64,000 nucleotides of DNA from the sequence record OV754623, one strand, 5' to 3'. The number at the start of each line of letters is the position of its first letter. Positions within the stretch are counted from its first letter, which is position 1. The stretch comes from Escherichia phage UGJNEcP1. Position numbers and translations under genes: made by a program. Below, in pieces: positions 29,274 through 38,510 of this stretch. A model generated the notes under the pieces. The model was not told the origin of the DNA. It saw nothing but the letters and a program-made list of their open reading frames with translations, and did no database searches.

Positions 29274-30292
29274 ATCTTCGAATAACGAGATAATCTCATT
29301 TTAGCATGCAACCCACTTGAAATATTCTGTTTCATATATTCTAAAATTTCTTGTGGTGTTGCATTTTCTTTCATTACCATATCATTCACATCCTTTGATC
29401 TCCACGGAGCTCGGTCCCAGAACATGACACGTTCGCCTGCATCAACTAATCGCTTCATGCGAGCTATAGTATCCGGATGCCTAGGTTCATTATCCATTAC
29501 CCATACCCGACGTTCTTTAAATGGTACCACATCTAAATCTATTGAGCCGCCTGTAATAGCGATTGCATTGGGTATGAATAAACTATCAATAGGGCCTTCC
29601 ATTACCCAGACGTCTCCTTCCTTAACACGTTCAACACCATAAATTTTTGTTGCAGACTCAAACGCTTTAATAGTGATATATTTCTGAGGAGCATCTTTAC
29701 GAAGTGCACGTCCTTGGAATGACTCGGCCTTACCATCTTTATTAAAAATAGGAATCACTAAACGTGGTTCGGGAATCTCTTTCTTGTACGTACCAGGTTG
29801 AATCTTGTTGACCAATTTAGGCCATTCTAATGTGAACCATAATCTGTTCCATGATTCTTTAGGAATACACCGAGACTTGACATATTTCACAATAGGATGC
29901 TCTTCAGGCAACTTGTCCAGACGAGAACAAGACGGCAAAGAATTTATAGTCTTTTTCTCCGGTTCTGGTTTATGTTCAGGAACCTTTTCAATTTTTGGTT
30001 CCATTCTAGCTTTTTCTTTACGAACTTCCATTAGATATTCGCGATAAAGCTCTTCATCATACTCTTTTAAGTATCCAGAAATTGTATTATGGTATTGACA
30101 GTTATAGCAATGTACATTACCAGGAGTACCGCCATAATACCATCCGCGAGCTTTCATTGCATCTGTCTGGGAGTCGCCACAAACTGGACAACGAAACGTT
30201 AATTTAAATGTGCTTGAATTATTGATTTGTCTAAAACGAGGGAGGTGAGAAAACGCACGATAAGCAAATTCATTATCTATCCATTCAGCCAT
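29270..30292 (-). CDS. 61: DNA primase gp61
   Basis: 340 aa; zinc finger CPVCGDS..HCYNC and long stretches (QGRALRKDAPQKYITI, FWD..PW.SKDVNDM) as in T4 gp61. Confidence 0.9.
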   Translation of the reverse strand: MAEWIDNEFAYRAFSHLPRFRQINNSSTFKLTFRCPVCGDSQTDAMKARGWYYGGTPGNVHCYNCQYHNTISGYLKEYDEELYREYLMEVRKEKARMEPKIEKVPEHKPEPEKKTINSLPSCSRLDKLPEEHPIVKYVKSRCIPKESWNRLWFTLEWPKLVNKIQPGTYKKEIPEPRLVIPIFNKDGKAESFQGRALRKDAPQKYITIKAFESATKIYGVERVKEGDVWVMEGPIDSLFIPNAIAITGGSIDLDVVPFKERRVWVMDNEPRHPDTIARMKRLVDAGERVMFWDRAPWRSKDVNDMVMKENATPQEILEYMKQNISSGLHAKMRLSRYSKI

Positions 30293-30331
30293 AGTATTCT
30301 CCAGAGGCCTTAAATTAATAAGGCCATCATA

Positions 30332-30826
30332 TCACAACTTATTAATATTTACTTTAATTCGCTTTCTTTTCTTGGAAGGAATTTGTTCTGGACCTTTATT
30401 TACGACTGCACCTGAAGTAGTTCCTGATGCAATAGCTTGAGGACTGCCACCTGAATCACCAGCAACCATATCCTCAAATAAAGGGAGTTCTTTAAATATT
30501 TCTTTCTGTTGTTCTTCCGTAATGTTATAGCGTGAAGCTACAGCACTCCAGGCAGACATCATTGAGGCCATTCCATTAAGACCTGGAACAGTGCTCATCA
30601 TTCGCTTCATTGAACGAACTGAAGCATGAAAAGGTGTATAAGCCGCTTTCTCTTCAGGAGTGGAAGGGCGTTTAAGAACACTTCCACGTTCATCGATGAT
30701 TTTGGCTTCATACGCTTTCCATTCGGTAAAAGGTTTTTGCATTAGTCGAATAAACTTATATGCGTAAACAGAATCTATTGCAGTGTTAATAATACCCATA
30801 GGTACCTCCTGAGTATATTTAATCAA
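30332..30826 (-). CDS. Hypothetical protein (164 aa)
   Basis: ORF in the island between 41 and 61; basic C-terminus. Confidence 0.5.
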   Translation of the reverse strand: MIKYTQEVPMGIINTAIDSVYAYKFIRLMQKPFTEWKAYEAKIIDERGSVLKRPSTPEEKAAYTPFHASVRSMKRMMSTVPGLNGMASMMSAWSAVASRYNITEEQQKEIFKELPLFEDMVAGDSGGSPQAIASGTTSGAVVNKGPEQIPSKKRKRIKVNINKL

Positions 30827-31016
30827 TTACAAAGATTGCTTTGTCACCATTTATATCTGTGACTTCATATGTAGTGCCTTCATACTGTGGAATATTCCAA
30901 ATTACACCATCATTAGCTTTTACGCTAATATGGCATTGGTGTTTTGAAACAACTTCATAATCTTCAAAACTTGTAAAAACACTAATTTTAGAACCAGTGC
31001 AAATTGCAGTAGTCAT
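30819..31016 (-). CDS. Hypothetical protein (65 aa)
   Basis: Small ORF overlapping the next gene by 8 nt. Confidence 0.45.
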   Translation of the reverse strand: MTTAICTGSKISVFTSFEDYEVVSKHQCHISVKANDGVIWNIPQYEGTTYEVTDINGDKAIFVID

Positions 31017-31017
31017 T

Positions 31018-31677
31018 TTAACCTCGATTCATAAATGCATTAAATATTTGGTCATCAACAGAAATTTCTAATTCGACTTCAATTGCTTCAGCCTTTTCTT
31101 CAGGCGGTAATTCGTATCCACACACTACAATTTTTTCATCGATATCAAAATATACAGAAGCAATATGATTAATGTTATTTTCAGTTAAGTCCAAATCAAC
31201 ATCAACATCTTTTTGACCTTCACTTAAAGGATAACTAATACGGGTTATTTTATTATCTTTAACAAAGAGTCCGCCAACATACTCTGTACTACGTTTGAAG
31301 TTTACACGTTTCCGAATTGAAAGATATGATGCATCTTTACCGTGAGCTCGGCTCATAGGACATAATGAATAGCTAGAATAAGAGATGTCAAATCCTACAC
31401 CTTCAATATGAGCCAACGTATCATGATTAAACCAATTATAATCATATGCCAAATCCATTATATTGTAATATGTGAAAGGCACAGGATTAACATCATATGT
31501 TGTACCTTTAAAATCCGCCCATGCAACGATTTCGTTATCTTTAACAATTACAAAAATTACACCAATATGGTATCCATTATTATTTTCATTCGGCGTTATA
31601 TTATAACATTGTGCATTAGGAAATTTACCATATTTAAATGGCGCATTTTTGTGCATATAATAAATCATATTATTCAC
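31018..31677 (-). CDS. Hypothetical protein (219 aa)
   Basis: ORF in the island; no family recognised. Confidence 0.5.
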   Translation of the reverse strand: MNNMIYYMHKNAPFKYGKFPNAQCYNITPNENNNGYHIGVIFVIVKDNEIVAWADFKGTTYDVNPVPFTYYNIMDLAYDYNWFNHDTLAHIEGVGFDISYSSYSLCPMSRAHGKDASYLSIRKRVNFKRSTEYVGGLFVKDNKITRISYPLSEGQKDVDVDLDLTENNINHIASVYFDIDEKIVVCGYELPPEEKAEAIEVELEISVDDQIFNAFMNRG

Positions 31678-31963
31678 CTGTGATTTCGGTTACGATATCT
31701 TTGTTATCGAAATTAGGGTCACAATACAAAACATAGTTGTACTGCATGATACCGCCAGACTTAAGTTGTTCAACAACTTTATTAACCATATTAGGACGGT
31801 CTCGTTTAGTGATGTTCATGATATCAGAGAAGATTTGTTGTTCAACATCTTCTTGATTTGCAGTCATTGACCACTCACAGAGGTCTTTATCATAACCTGC
31901 CGTAACTGGAGCCGGTGCACATGATACTGCAAGTAAGATTGCTGCCAATGATAACTTTTTCAT
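31670..31963 (-). CDS. Secreted small protein with signal peptide (Sp/spackle-like)
   Basis: 97 aa; signal peptide MKKLSLAAILLAVSCAPAPVTAG, two Cys; length and character of T4 Sp; identity uncertain. Confidence 0.45.
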   Translation of the reverse strand: MKKLSLAAILLAVSCAPAPVTAGYDKDLCEWSMTANQEDVEQQIFSDIMNITKRDRPNMVNKVVEQLKSGGIMQYNYVLYCDPNFDNKDIVTEITGE

Positions 31964-31992
31964 TTTAACTCCTTAGTTGATTTGATAGGACT

Positions 31993-32022
31993 ACTATACT
32001 ATAGTCCATCTATAATGTAAAC
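31993..32022 (-). promoter_or_regulatory. Sigma70-type early promoter with inverted repeat
   Basis: GTTTAC, 18 nt, TATAGT; arms GGACTA / TAGTCC. Confidence 0.55.
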
Positions 32023-32026
32023 AAGT

Positions 32027-32275
32027 TTATTCTTTTTCGCGAATAATAATTACTTGTTGAGGCTGCTGAGCAGATTTCTTTTCGGCAACGATAGACCAAA
32101 TTAAAGTTCCAATCCAACCAACCATCGTCCAGTTAAAGAGTAAAGATACAAAGAAGATTGCTGCTGTGCTTTTTGTGCCACGAATAAGTGCGATTACCCA
32201 AGGCAACATGTAAATGATGATTGAACCAATACCTGCGATTAAAACTGCTACTGAACTAGCCACGAATAATTCCAT
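32027..32275 (-). CDS. Small inner-membrane protein (Imm / superinfection-immunity-like)
   Basis: 82 aa; two TM segments with P..IA..RG.K....NW..VGWIGTLIWS pattern typical of the Imm family. Confidence 0.5.
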   Translation of the reverse strand: MELFVASSVAVLIAGIGSIIIYMLPWVIALIRGTKSTAAIFFVSLLFNWTMVGWIGTLIWSIVAEKKSAQQPQQVIIIREKE

Positions 32276-32303
32276 GATAATTTCCTCTTGATTTGTTATG
32301 TTT

Positions 32304-32333
32304 ATAGTATCTTATTTTAACTTTGGTGTAAAC
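32304..32333 (-). promoter_or_regulatory. Sigma70-type early promoter
   Basis: GTTTAC, 18 nt, TACTAT. Confidence 0.5.
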
Positions 32334-32336
32334 CAA

Positions 32337-32705
32337 TTAATTAAATTTGTTTAAACGTTCAATACACTGGACGTAGTTATTCGCGATTTGTTTCTGGGTA
32401 GGCTCTTTACCAGTTGTTTCAACATAGCGAATGAATGCGATTTCAGTAGCCTGTAAGCAATGTTCTTTAACGCGTTGTTCCTTTGACAATGCTACAGTAT
32501 CAGAGTCACGATAACGTTGAGCATGAGCGTCAGCTTGAATCATTCGATTACCTACAGTAACCGGGTCTTCCACTTCAACTTTAGGTTGTTCATATTGTTT
32601 AACATTCGGATTGTAAATCAGTTGGCCAACGTTATTAGGGATAAAGCCATGAGCACCACATCCGGTTAATCCGAATACCATTGCTAAAGCGATTAATTTT
32701 TTCAT
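32337..32705 (-). CDS. Putative lipoprotein
   Basis: 122 aa; signal peptide plus lipobox LTGC (MKKLIALAMVFGLTGC). Confidence 0.6.
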   Translation of the reverse strand: MKKLIALAMVFGLTGCGAHGFIPNNVGQLIYNPNVKQYEQPKVEVEDPVTVGNRMIQADAHAQRYRDSDTVALSKEQRVKEHCLQATEIAFIRYVETTGKEPTQKQIANNYVQCIERLNKFN

Positions 32706-32733
32706 TTCAATTTCCTCTGTAGTTGATAGAAAG

Positions 32734-32763
32734 ATAGTAACACAGTATGTGGTGCTTGTAAAC
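32734..32763 (-). promoter_or_regulatory. Sigma70-type early promoter
   Basis: GTTTAC, 18 nt, TACTAT. Confidence 0.5.
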
Positions 32764-32765
32764 AG

Positions 32766-32978
32766 CTATTTTAAACTTTTGCGAAATTTGCGTTTTTCTT
32801 GACGAATCTGTCGTTTAGTCGGACGTACAGCAAATTTAACGAAGTCCACTTTGCCGTGTGGAAACTTTTCAGATGCTTCACAATCCATCATTAGTTCCCA
32901 TCCTTCCAAAATAAGAGCTTTCCATTGGGTAGTTGATGCAAATTCGTATGTTGATGGTTTAAACACAGTTGAATACAT
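32766..32978 (-). CDS. Small protein with basic RPTKRQ tail
   Basis: About 70 aa from MYSTVFKP; the C-terminal VRPTKRQIRQEKRK tail is shared with two small ORFs near gene 49. Confidence 0.45.
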   Translation of the reverse strand: MYSTVFKPSTYEFASTTQWKALILEGWELMMDCEASEKFPHGKVDFVKFAVRPTKRQIRQEKRKFRKSLK

Positions 32979-32979
32979 A

Positions 32980-33171
32980 TTAACCTCTGAAGTCTGCTTC
33001 AAAAACTTTCTCATCATTAACAAATGCTTTAACTAATGCATTGTTCACTTCAGCAAGTTGTACCGCAACCCACTCGATTTCTTCGCGATCACCTGATAAC
33101 ATGATATCTTTAGTGAACATCTCACCGCTTTTAAACCAACCGATAAAAGTAACTTTAGTTAATTTGCTCAT
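32980..33171 (-). CDS. Hypothetical small protein (about 63 aa)
   Basis: From MSKLTKVTFIGW; ATGA overlap with the upstream ART-like gene. Confidence 0.45.
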   Translation of the reverse strand: MSKLTKVTFIGWFKSGEMFTKDIMLSGDREEIEWVAVQLAEVNNALVKAFVNDEKVFEADFRG

Positions 33172-33485
33172 ATTTCCTCGCAAAATGCCCATTCAGCGTG
33201 ATAAACTGTAGCGCCTTTAGTATCATTCATTTGAACTACATCTACCGGAGAAATTACTCGATAGAGACGTGGTTCACCTCCATAAGAGCGTGCTGCTCGT
33301 CCTGCATAAATCTTTGCTAAACCGATATCTTCGGTAAAGAATACACGATCCAAGTTTTTCTTACGTCCTGTTTCAGACAGAACTCCTGTTTCTTCAGGAG
33401 GACAAAGCATGTTTTCGATGTTAGCTGAACTACTTGAACCGTGATAAAAAATCTTAAATTCTGCTTTACAATCGATGGTTTTCAT
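33168..33485 (-). CDS. Small protein with an ADP-ribosyltransferase-like H-Y-E signature (tentative)
   Basis: 105 aa; FYHGSSSS (H-G-S), AKIYAGRAARSYGG (Tyr-rich loop) and YHAEWAF (catalytic Glu context) in the order seen in PARP/diphtheria-toxin ARTs; short for a full ART domain. Confidence 0.35.
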   Translation of the reverse strand: MKTIDCKAEFKIFYHGSSSSANIENMLCPPEETGVLSETGRKKNLDRVFFTEDIGLAKIYAGRAARSYGGEPRLYRVISPVDVVQMNDTKGATVYHAEWAFCEEI

Positions 33486-33511
33486 TTTGTTCTCCAGTAG
33501 TTGATAGGTCT

Positions 33512-33540
33512 ATAATAACACAACTACTGGAGAAGTAAAC
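33512..33540 (-). promoter_or_regulatory. Sigma70-type early promoter with 10-bp inverted repeat
   Basis: GTTTAC, 17 nt, TATTAT; arms CCAGTAGTTG / CAACTACTGG flank -10. Confidence 0.55.
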
Positions 33541-33915
33541 TTAAAAACGTAATTTAGATATATCTGCGTTGATTTCGTTTTGGTTTGCGTCGTATGCAAT
33601 TAAACGAACCGCTTTAGATGGGTCATTCAATGCATAGAAATGATGGAACATTGCTCGAACGATATCACCATTTACGAGTTCTACCTGGATAGGAGAACCT
33701 TTTTCGAGTTGGAAATGTTCATAAGCTTTGATGGTTCGTAGATAATCAAGTTTTTGATTTCCAGCTCCAACTATTTGTACGATACGTTTGCCCATGTTTT
33801 CCATACGAGATACAATAGTTTTAGGAGCAAGAATAACGTAGGTTGCCAGCGGAGAAACTACTTCAACAGTTGTGTTTTCGGTGATTGCAGTAAAAATTGC
33901 TTGAGACATATTCAT
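33541..33915 (-). CDS. Hypothetical protein (124 aa)
   Basis: First gene of the island downstream of gene 41. Confidence 0.5.
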   Translation of the reverse strand: MNMSQAIFTAITENTTVEVVSPLATYVILAPKTIVSRMENMGKRIVQIVGAGNQKLDYLRTIKAYEHFQLEKGSPIQVELVNGDIVRAMFHHFYALNDPSKAVRLIAYDANQNEINADISKLRF

Positions 33916-33944
33916 AATGTTTTCCTCTTGGTTTGTGTAAGTGC

Positions 33945-33974
33945 ATCATATCATGCCTAGAGGAAGATGTAAAC
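33945..33974 (-). promoter_or_regulatory. Sigma70-type early promoter
   Basis: GTTTAC, 18 nt, TATGAT; arms TCCTCT / AGAGGA around -10. Confidence 0.5.
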
Positions 33975-33977
33975 CCC

Positions 33978-34000
33978 GAAAGGAGACCGAAGTCTCCTTT
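33978..34000 (+). terminator. Hairpin with T-run on the plus strand (possible antisense or bidirectional terminator) just after gene 41
   Basis: aggagaccgaagtctcct followed by TTTTTATT on the plus strand; weaker T-tract on the minus strand. Confidence 0.4.
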
Positions 34001-34003
34001 TTA

Positions 34004-35446
34004 TTAAAATTTTAACTCATTGGCTAAGCTATCTAGGTCAGCACGTGTTGCTTTGGCTTTACCTACGCGTTCCGTACGATTCACCTCTGCCTGACGCATC
34101 TGAGCACCTGCGTTTTCATTTACTGTGTTAGGTGTGTTCATGCCTTCTTGCTCAATCTCAATCCATTTCTGGTTGCCTTTACGTACACCCATCAGGAATT
34201 TATTCCACTTATTCTTATCACCATAACGTGATTTGATTTGTTTGATAAGTTGTTGTTCGGCTTGTGCAAGTTCTTCGGTTTCAATTACAGCCAACATGAA
34301 ATCTGCCGTTGCTGGTAAACCTGCTGATTCTGCGATATCACTCATGTTCATGTCTGAAGCATCCCATGCTGCACGTCCTACTTGAGCTGCAGTCCATAGA
34401 ACTGTTTCAGATTCTACTGCTAATGCACGAAGTTCTTCTGCGATAGCTTTAACTAATGTGTAGCTATTTTCAGTGTAAACTCTGATACGACAAGACCCAC
34501 AAATACCTAAGTAATCAACCATGATTACAGATGGCACAAAGTTCTTCTTAAGTTTTAACTCATTAAGCAATGCACGGAATGTATTAGCATTAGCTCCACC
34601 AGTAGGATACTGTTTAACTACTAAACGTCCTAATGTGGATTTTGAACGCCATTTTTCCATCTTGGCTTTATATTCAGCATAAGATACGTTACCATCATCG
34701 ATATCATCGAGTGATACGTCAAGCATGTTTGCATCTATACGCTTAGCACAAACTTCTTCAGCCATTTCCATGGAAATATAAAGAACATTATGTCCTGTTT
34801 GAAGATAATCTGCAGCAAGTGAACAAAGGCCTAAAGATTTACCAACGTTAACACCTGCCATTAAAACGTTTAGTGTACCAGTTTCAGCACCGCCTTTGGT
34901 GATTTTATTCAAAATGTTTAATTTGAACGGGACCTTACGTGCTTTGTTCAGATAAGAAAGCCAGCGTGCTTCGTAGTCTTCCATCCAGTCATGTCCAACA
35001 TAACTATCGAACGAAATTGAAAGTGCTTGACGCATAATATCAGGAATAGCTCCTACATCAGGCATTTTCTTGTTACGTTGTTCTGGAGGTAGTTCAGCAT
35101 TAGACTGAATCTCAATGATTTTGGACGTAGCATTATACATCGCTTTTTGCTGGACATATTTCTCAGTTTCTTTAACCAACCATTCGTGGTCTTCAGGAGT
35201 ATCAGCCAATTTTTCAATTAGGTCTGAAGTTCCTTTATATTCGGCTTCAGTTAAAGAACTGTTATCTAAAGCCACCTTTAATGCATTGATAGATGGCATT
35301 GCATTATATTCGTTAACGTGGCTCTTTATAATTTTAAAGACATTTTTTGCCGGTCCACGCTCAAAGTAATCAGAATCCATATAAGGCCAGACCTTAGAAA
35401 AATAAGCCTGGTCATATACTAGATGAGACAAAATAATTTCTACCAC
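34004..35446 (-). CDS. 41: Replicative DNA helicase gp41 (DnaB-like)
   Basis: 480 aa; Walker A GVNVGKS, DnaB-family motifs and T4 gp41 length. Confidence 0.9.
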   Translation of the reverse strand: MVEIILSHLVYDQAYFSKVWPYMDSDYFERGPAKNVFKIIKSHVNEYNAMPSINALKVALDNSSLTEAEYKGTSDLIEKLADTPEDHEWLVKETEKYVQQKAMYNATSKIIEIQSNAELPPEQRNKKMPDVGAIPDIMRQALSISFDSYVGHDWMEDYEARWLSYLNKARKVPFKLNILNKITKGGAETGTLNVLMAGVNVGKSLGLCSLAADYLQTGHNVLYISMEMAEEVCAKRIDANMLDVSLDDIDDGNVSYAEYKAKMEKWRSKSTLGRLVVKQYPTGGANANTFRALLNELKLKKNFVPSVIMVDYLGICGSCRIRVYTENSYTLVKAIAEELRALAVESETVLWTAAQVGRAAWDASDMNMSDIAESAGLPATADFMLAVIETEELAQAEQQLIKQIKSRYGDKNKWNKFLMGVRKGNQKWIEIEQEGMNTPNTVNENAGAQMRQAEVNRTERVGKAKATRADLDSLANELKF

Positions 35447-35455
35447 GATAACTCC

Positions 35456-35818
35456 TTAAAAGAATTTAAATTTTTTCTTGGCCCGTTCATTAAAAGCTTG
35501 TTGTACTTGCATTGTAACACATTTTTCAACATGTGGTGCAAGTTCTGCTTTTCTGTCCTGGTCAAGAACTGCAAAGTCCATTACGATTTTACCATCAACC
35601 CAGTCTAGTTTTGTAATATAGACTATATGATGGGAACCATCTTCAAGTGTAATCAGAATCTCTTGAATGACATTTTCCATTGCTGAACGGATAATTTTAA
35701 GAGATTCATTAAACACTCGTTCTTTGCGAATGTCTTCCCCTTCCGAAGAAGGGGATTCATCAACGATTTCTAGATTTAAATCATCGAGATTATTCATCGA
35801 AATCTTCCATTTCGTCAA
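35456..35818 (-). CDS. gp40-like protein (head vertex assembly chaperone position)
   Basis: 120-aa ORF between uvsX and 41 as T4 gene 40; N-terminus overlaps the uvsX 3' end. Confidence 0.45.
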   Translation of the reverse strand: MTKWKISMNNLDDLNLEIVDESPSSEGEDIRKERVFNESLKIIRSAMENVIQEILITLEDGSHHIVYITKLDWVDGKIVMDFAVLDQDRKAELAPHVEKCVTMQVQQAFNERAKKKFKFF

Positions 35819-36962
35819 GGTCGTTTTCTATATCTGCTGCAGACGGAGCATCAGAAGTTTTAACCGGAACTTTAGTTGTTGCTTTGCAATTAATAAGGTC
35901 ATTAACAGCGTCATCAACTTCTTTAATAGAAGAGATAGCACCTAGTTTATATTTAGTTTCAATTGCATCTCGGAAAGGTTTGTGTTTAAACAAAGGTCCC
36001 CAGAATTCTACACAATCAGTAGCTTTAGCACGCCATGATTTTTCTTCACGAATCATTTCACCTGTTTCTTCGTCAAGGAATTCGCGAGCATACCAACCGG
36101 CTTTAGGCTTAACTACAAAACCAATTTCAGTTGCCATTTCTAACAAGCCACTGAATGGGTCAATACCGCCATCAAAATTAACCGTGATTGGGAAAGTAGA
36201 TTTTTCTTTAACGGTGCGAGATTTTTCTGCTTTCAACGTGAAGTCATAACCGGTCAATTCTGTACCTTCTTTAACCTGACGTTTAGAGATAAAAAATACC
36301 GTGTTGGCAGAATAAAGAATACCTGTACCACCGCCCATAATCTCTTTAGGATACAATCCGCCAATTTCCATTGCGGTATGGTTGATTGCAACACATGGAA
36401 TATCTTTAATAGTCAGATAAGGAGTCACAATACGGAACAGAGATTTAAGTGCCTTAGCACGAGACATATCACCTACAACTTTCTCGTTCAACGCATCTTC
36501 GGTTTCTTTCTTAGATGCAGTATTACCGATTGAATCGATAAAGATAATAACTTTATCACCGCGTTCAATCGCGTCAAGCTGATTAGTCATATCAACTTTA
36601 AGTTGTTCGACTGACTGAATTGGTGTATGAACTACACGGTCTAAATCAACACCCATTGAACGAAAATAAGATTCTGAAGCACCAAATTCTGAATCATAGA
36701 ACAAACAAATTGCATCTTTATATTTCTTCATATATGCTGCAACCATAGTTAGTCCAAACAACGTTTTAAAGTGTTTAGAAGGAGCAGCAAAAATAGTCAA
36801 GCCTGATTGCAATCCTGCATTCAGAGCACCACCTAATGCAATATTCAACATCGGAATACGAGTAGGGACTTCATCACGATTATTAAACAGCTTAGACTTA
36901 GTCAAGTCTGCAGTCATTTTAGAAGTAGAAGCTTTAATCAGACGAGATTTTAAATCAGACAT
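35790..36962 (-). CDS. uvsX: UvsX recombinase (RecA-like)
   Basis: 390 aa; near-identical stretches to remembered T4 UvsX (MSDLKSRLIKASTSK, KETEDALNEKVV, NGWYAREFLDEETGEMIREEKSWRAK). Confidence 0.95.
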   Translation of the reverse strand: MSDLKSRLIKASTSKMTADLTKSKLFNNRDEVPTRIPMLNIALGGALNAGLQSGLTIFAAPSKHFKTLFGLTMVAAYMKKYKDAICLFYDSEFGASESYFRSMGVDLDRVVHTPIQSVEQLKVDMTNQLDAIERGDKVIIFIDSIGNTASKKETEDALNEKVVGDMSRAKALKSLFRIVTPYLTIKDIPCVAINHTAMEIGGLYPKEIMGGGTGILYSANTVFFISKRQVKEGTELTGYDFTLKAEKSRTVKEKSTFPITVNFDGGIDPFSGLLEMATEIGFVVKPKAGWYAREFLDEETGEMIREEKSWRAKATDCVEFWGPLFKHKPFRDAIETKYKLGAISSIKEVDDAVNDLINCKATTKVPVKTSDAPSAADIENDLDEMEDFDE

Positions 36963-37060
36963 TGTATTTTTCCATAGGCATCATTATATTTTACTCATGT
37001 TTAAAAGATAAGATGATTATATACTAAGAGTTATACAGCATTTAAAACTTTAAATGGCTC

Positions 37061-37609
37061 TTAACGAGCCCATTTAATGATTTCTGTAATCAAATTATTA
37101 CGTTCGCTTGCATTAAATCCTATAACTTTGTTAGAACCATCATGATTAAGTAATTGATACGTTTGGATTTTGTTATGAATTGCAAACTCTTCAAAATGTG
37201 AAATGACTGTATTAAAACCGAATGAAGACAAAGTAATAAGGTCGTCTTCAAAACTTTCAGTCATTTCGTTACGTGTTAAAATAATTGTGAACACATCATG
37301 GTTTTGGCAAAGACGAACATAATCCTGTTCATAAACGTCAAGAACCGAGTCCGCATCTTGTCGAATACGTCCATAAACCCAGTTACTAATATATCCACGG
37401 TCTAATAGATAAATCTTAGTAGGGTCTAAATAATTCAACATCGTTTCGAAACAGCCAACTTCATTTCGAGACTTAACATCGAAACGCCCATCAACTGTTC
37501 GTTTAGGGAAATCAATCTTTACATATCTTTCACTAATTTCCATTATATCATTAATGAAAGTTGTTTTACCAGCATTATCCGGCCCGTCTACTAAAATAAT
37601 TTTAGCCAT
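37061..37609 (-). CDS. Thymidylate-kinase-like P-loop nucleotide kinase
   Basis: 182 aa; Walker A GPDNAGKTT near the N-terminus and DRGYISNWVYG resembling the Tmk DR-Y..S..AY substrate motif. Confidence 0.55.
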   Translation of the reverse strand: MAKIILVDGPDNAGKTTFINDIMEISERYVKIDFPKRTVDGRFDVKSRNEVGCFETMLNYLDPTKIYLLDRGYISNWVYGRIRQDADSVLDVYEQDYVRLCQNHDVFTIILTRNEMTESFEDDLITLSSFGFNTVISHFEEFAIHNKIQTYQLLNHDGSNKVIGFNASERNNLITEIIKWAR

Positions 37610-37610
37610 T

Positions 37611-38510
37611 TTATTCCTCGATTACGACATCTTCGTATTTAGGTATATTATACGGTGAAGAAATTAAAGCATTAAAGTAGATGAACTCACCAAGACCTGG
37701 ATGGAATACTTCTTCAGGATTTTCGAAATATTGAATCTTCGGACGTCCTTTAAGAATTTGATAGTACTCAGTTTTAGTTGGATTAAAAATTCGAATCAGC
37801 GCTTCTTCAGGATACTTATTTCTGTCGAAACTATTATTTGGATCAGTTATATAAAGCGGTTGACCTAATTGAATTGCGCATTCAACCACTTGTTCAAAAC
37901 GATAGCATGGGTCACTAATTCGAAATGGATGAAAAATACCATCTAGATGAATAGGAGCCAAATCACCTACAAGACGCTGCATGACGGAAGGACGTATAAC
38001 TTTCTGCGTTACGATAATCTTATTACCATCTGCACCTGCGTTAACCAGCACTTCTTTTTGACGTTCATTCAACATAGTAGTTTGAAGTGAACGATTAACA
38101 GACAACATGTCGGTTTTTAAGAATTCATCAATATAAAAACGTGGTTTATTAGGGTCTGCAGTGATATTGAAATTGAATTCTACATCAAAAGCGCCGTCAT
38201 ATCCAGTGATATCTGTGATTAGAAAATCACAATCATAATAAGCAATTAATGAATCAACCACAAATTCATTTTCAGACCAAAAATATTTACGAGTGTTATA
38301 CGCGTTATCTTTATACCATAATGGAACAAACTTAAATTCTGGGAAAAGACGTTCACATTCTTTAATATCAGATGCATTACGTGGATATGTAATCACATCA
38401 CCCGGATTAGCACGGTGCAAATGAAGTTGGAAGTTGCCATCCTTAAGGATAGCATACTGTCCAGTTTCATAAGACCGCATACTCAAGATAGGTACGCGGA
38501 AAATAGCCAT
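37611..38510 (-). CDS. Hypothetical protein in the beta-gt slot (candidate DNA-modifying enzyme)
   Basis: 299-aa ORF directly downstream of and overlapping gene 42; positional analogue of T4 beta-gt; no clear family motif. Confidence 0.45.
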   Translation of the reverse strand: MAIFRVPILSMRSYETGQYAILKDGNFQLHLHRANPGDVITYPRNASDIKECERLFPEFKFVPLWYKDNAYNTRKYFWSENEFVVDSLIAYYDCDFLITDITGYDGAFDVEFNFNITADPNKPRFYIDEFLKTDMLSVNRSLQTTMLNERQKEVLVNAGADGNKIIVTQKVIRPSVMQRLVGDLAPIHLDGIFHPFRISDPCYRFEQVVECAIQLGQPLYITDPNNSFDRNKYPEEALIRIFNPTKTEYYQILKGRPKIQYFENPEEVFHPGLGEFIYFNALISSPYNIPKYEDVVIEE

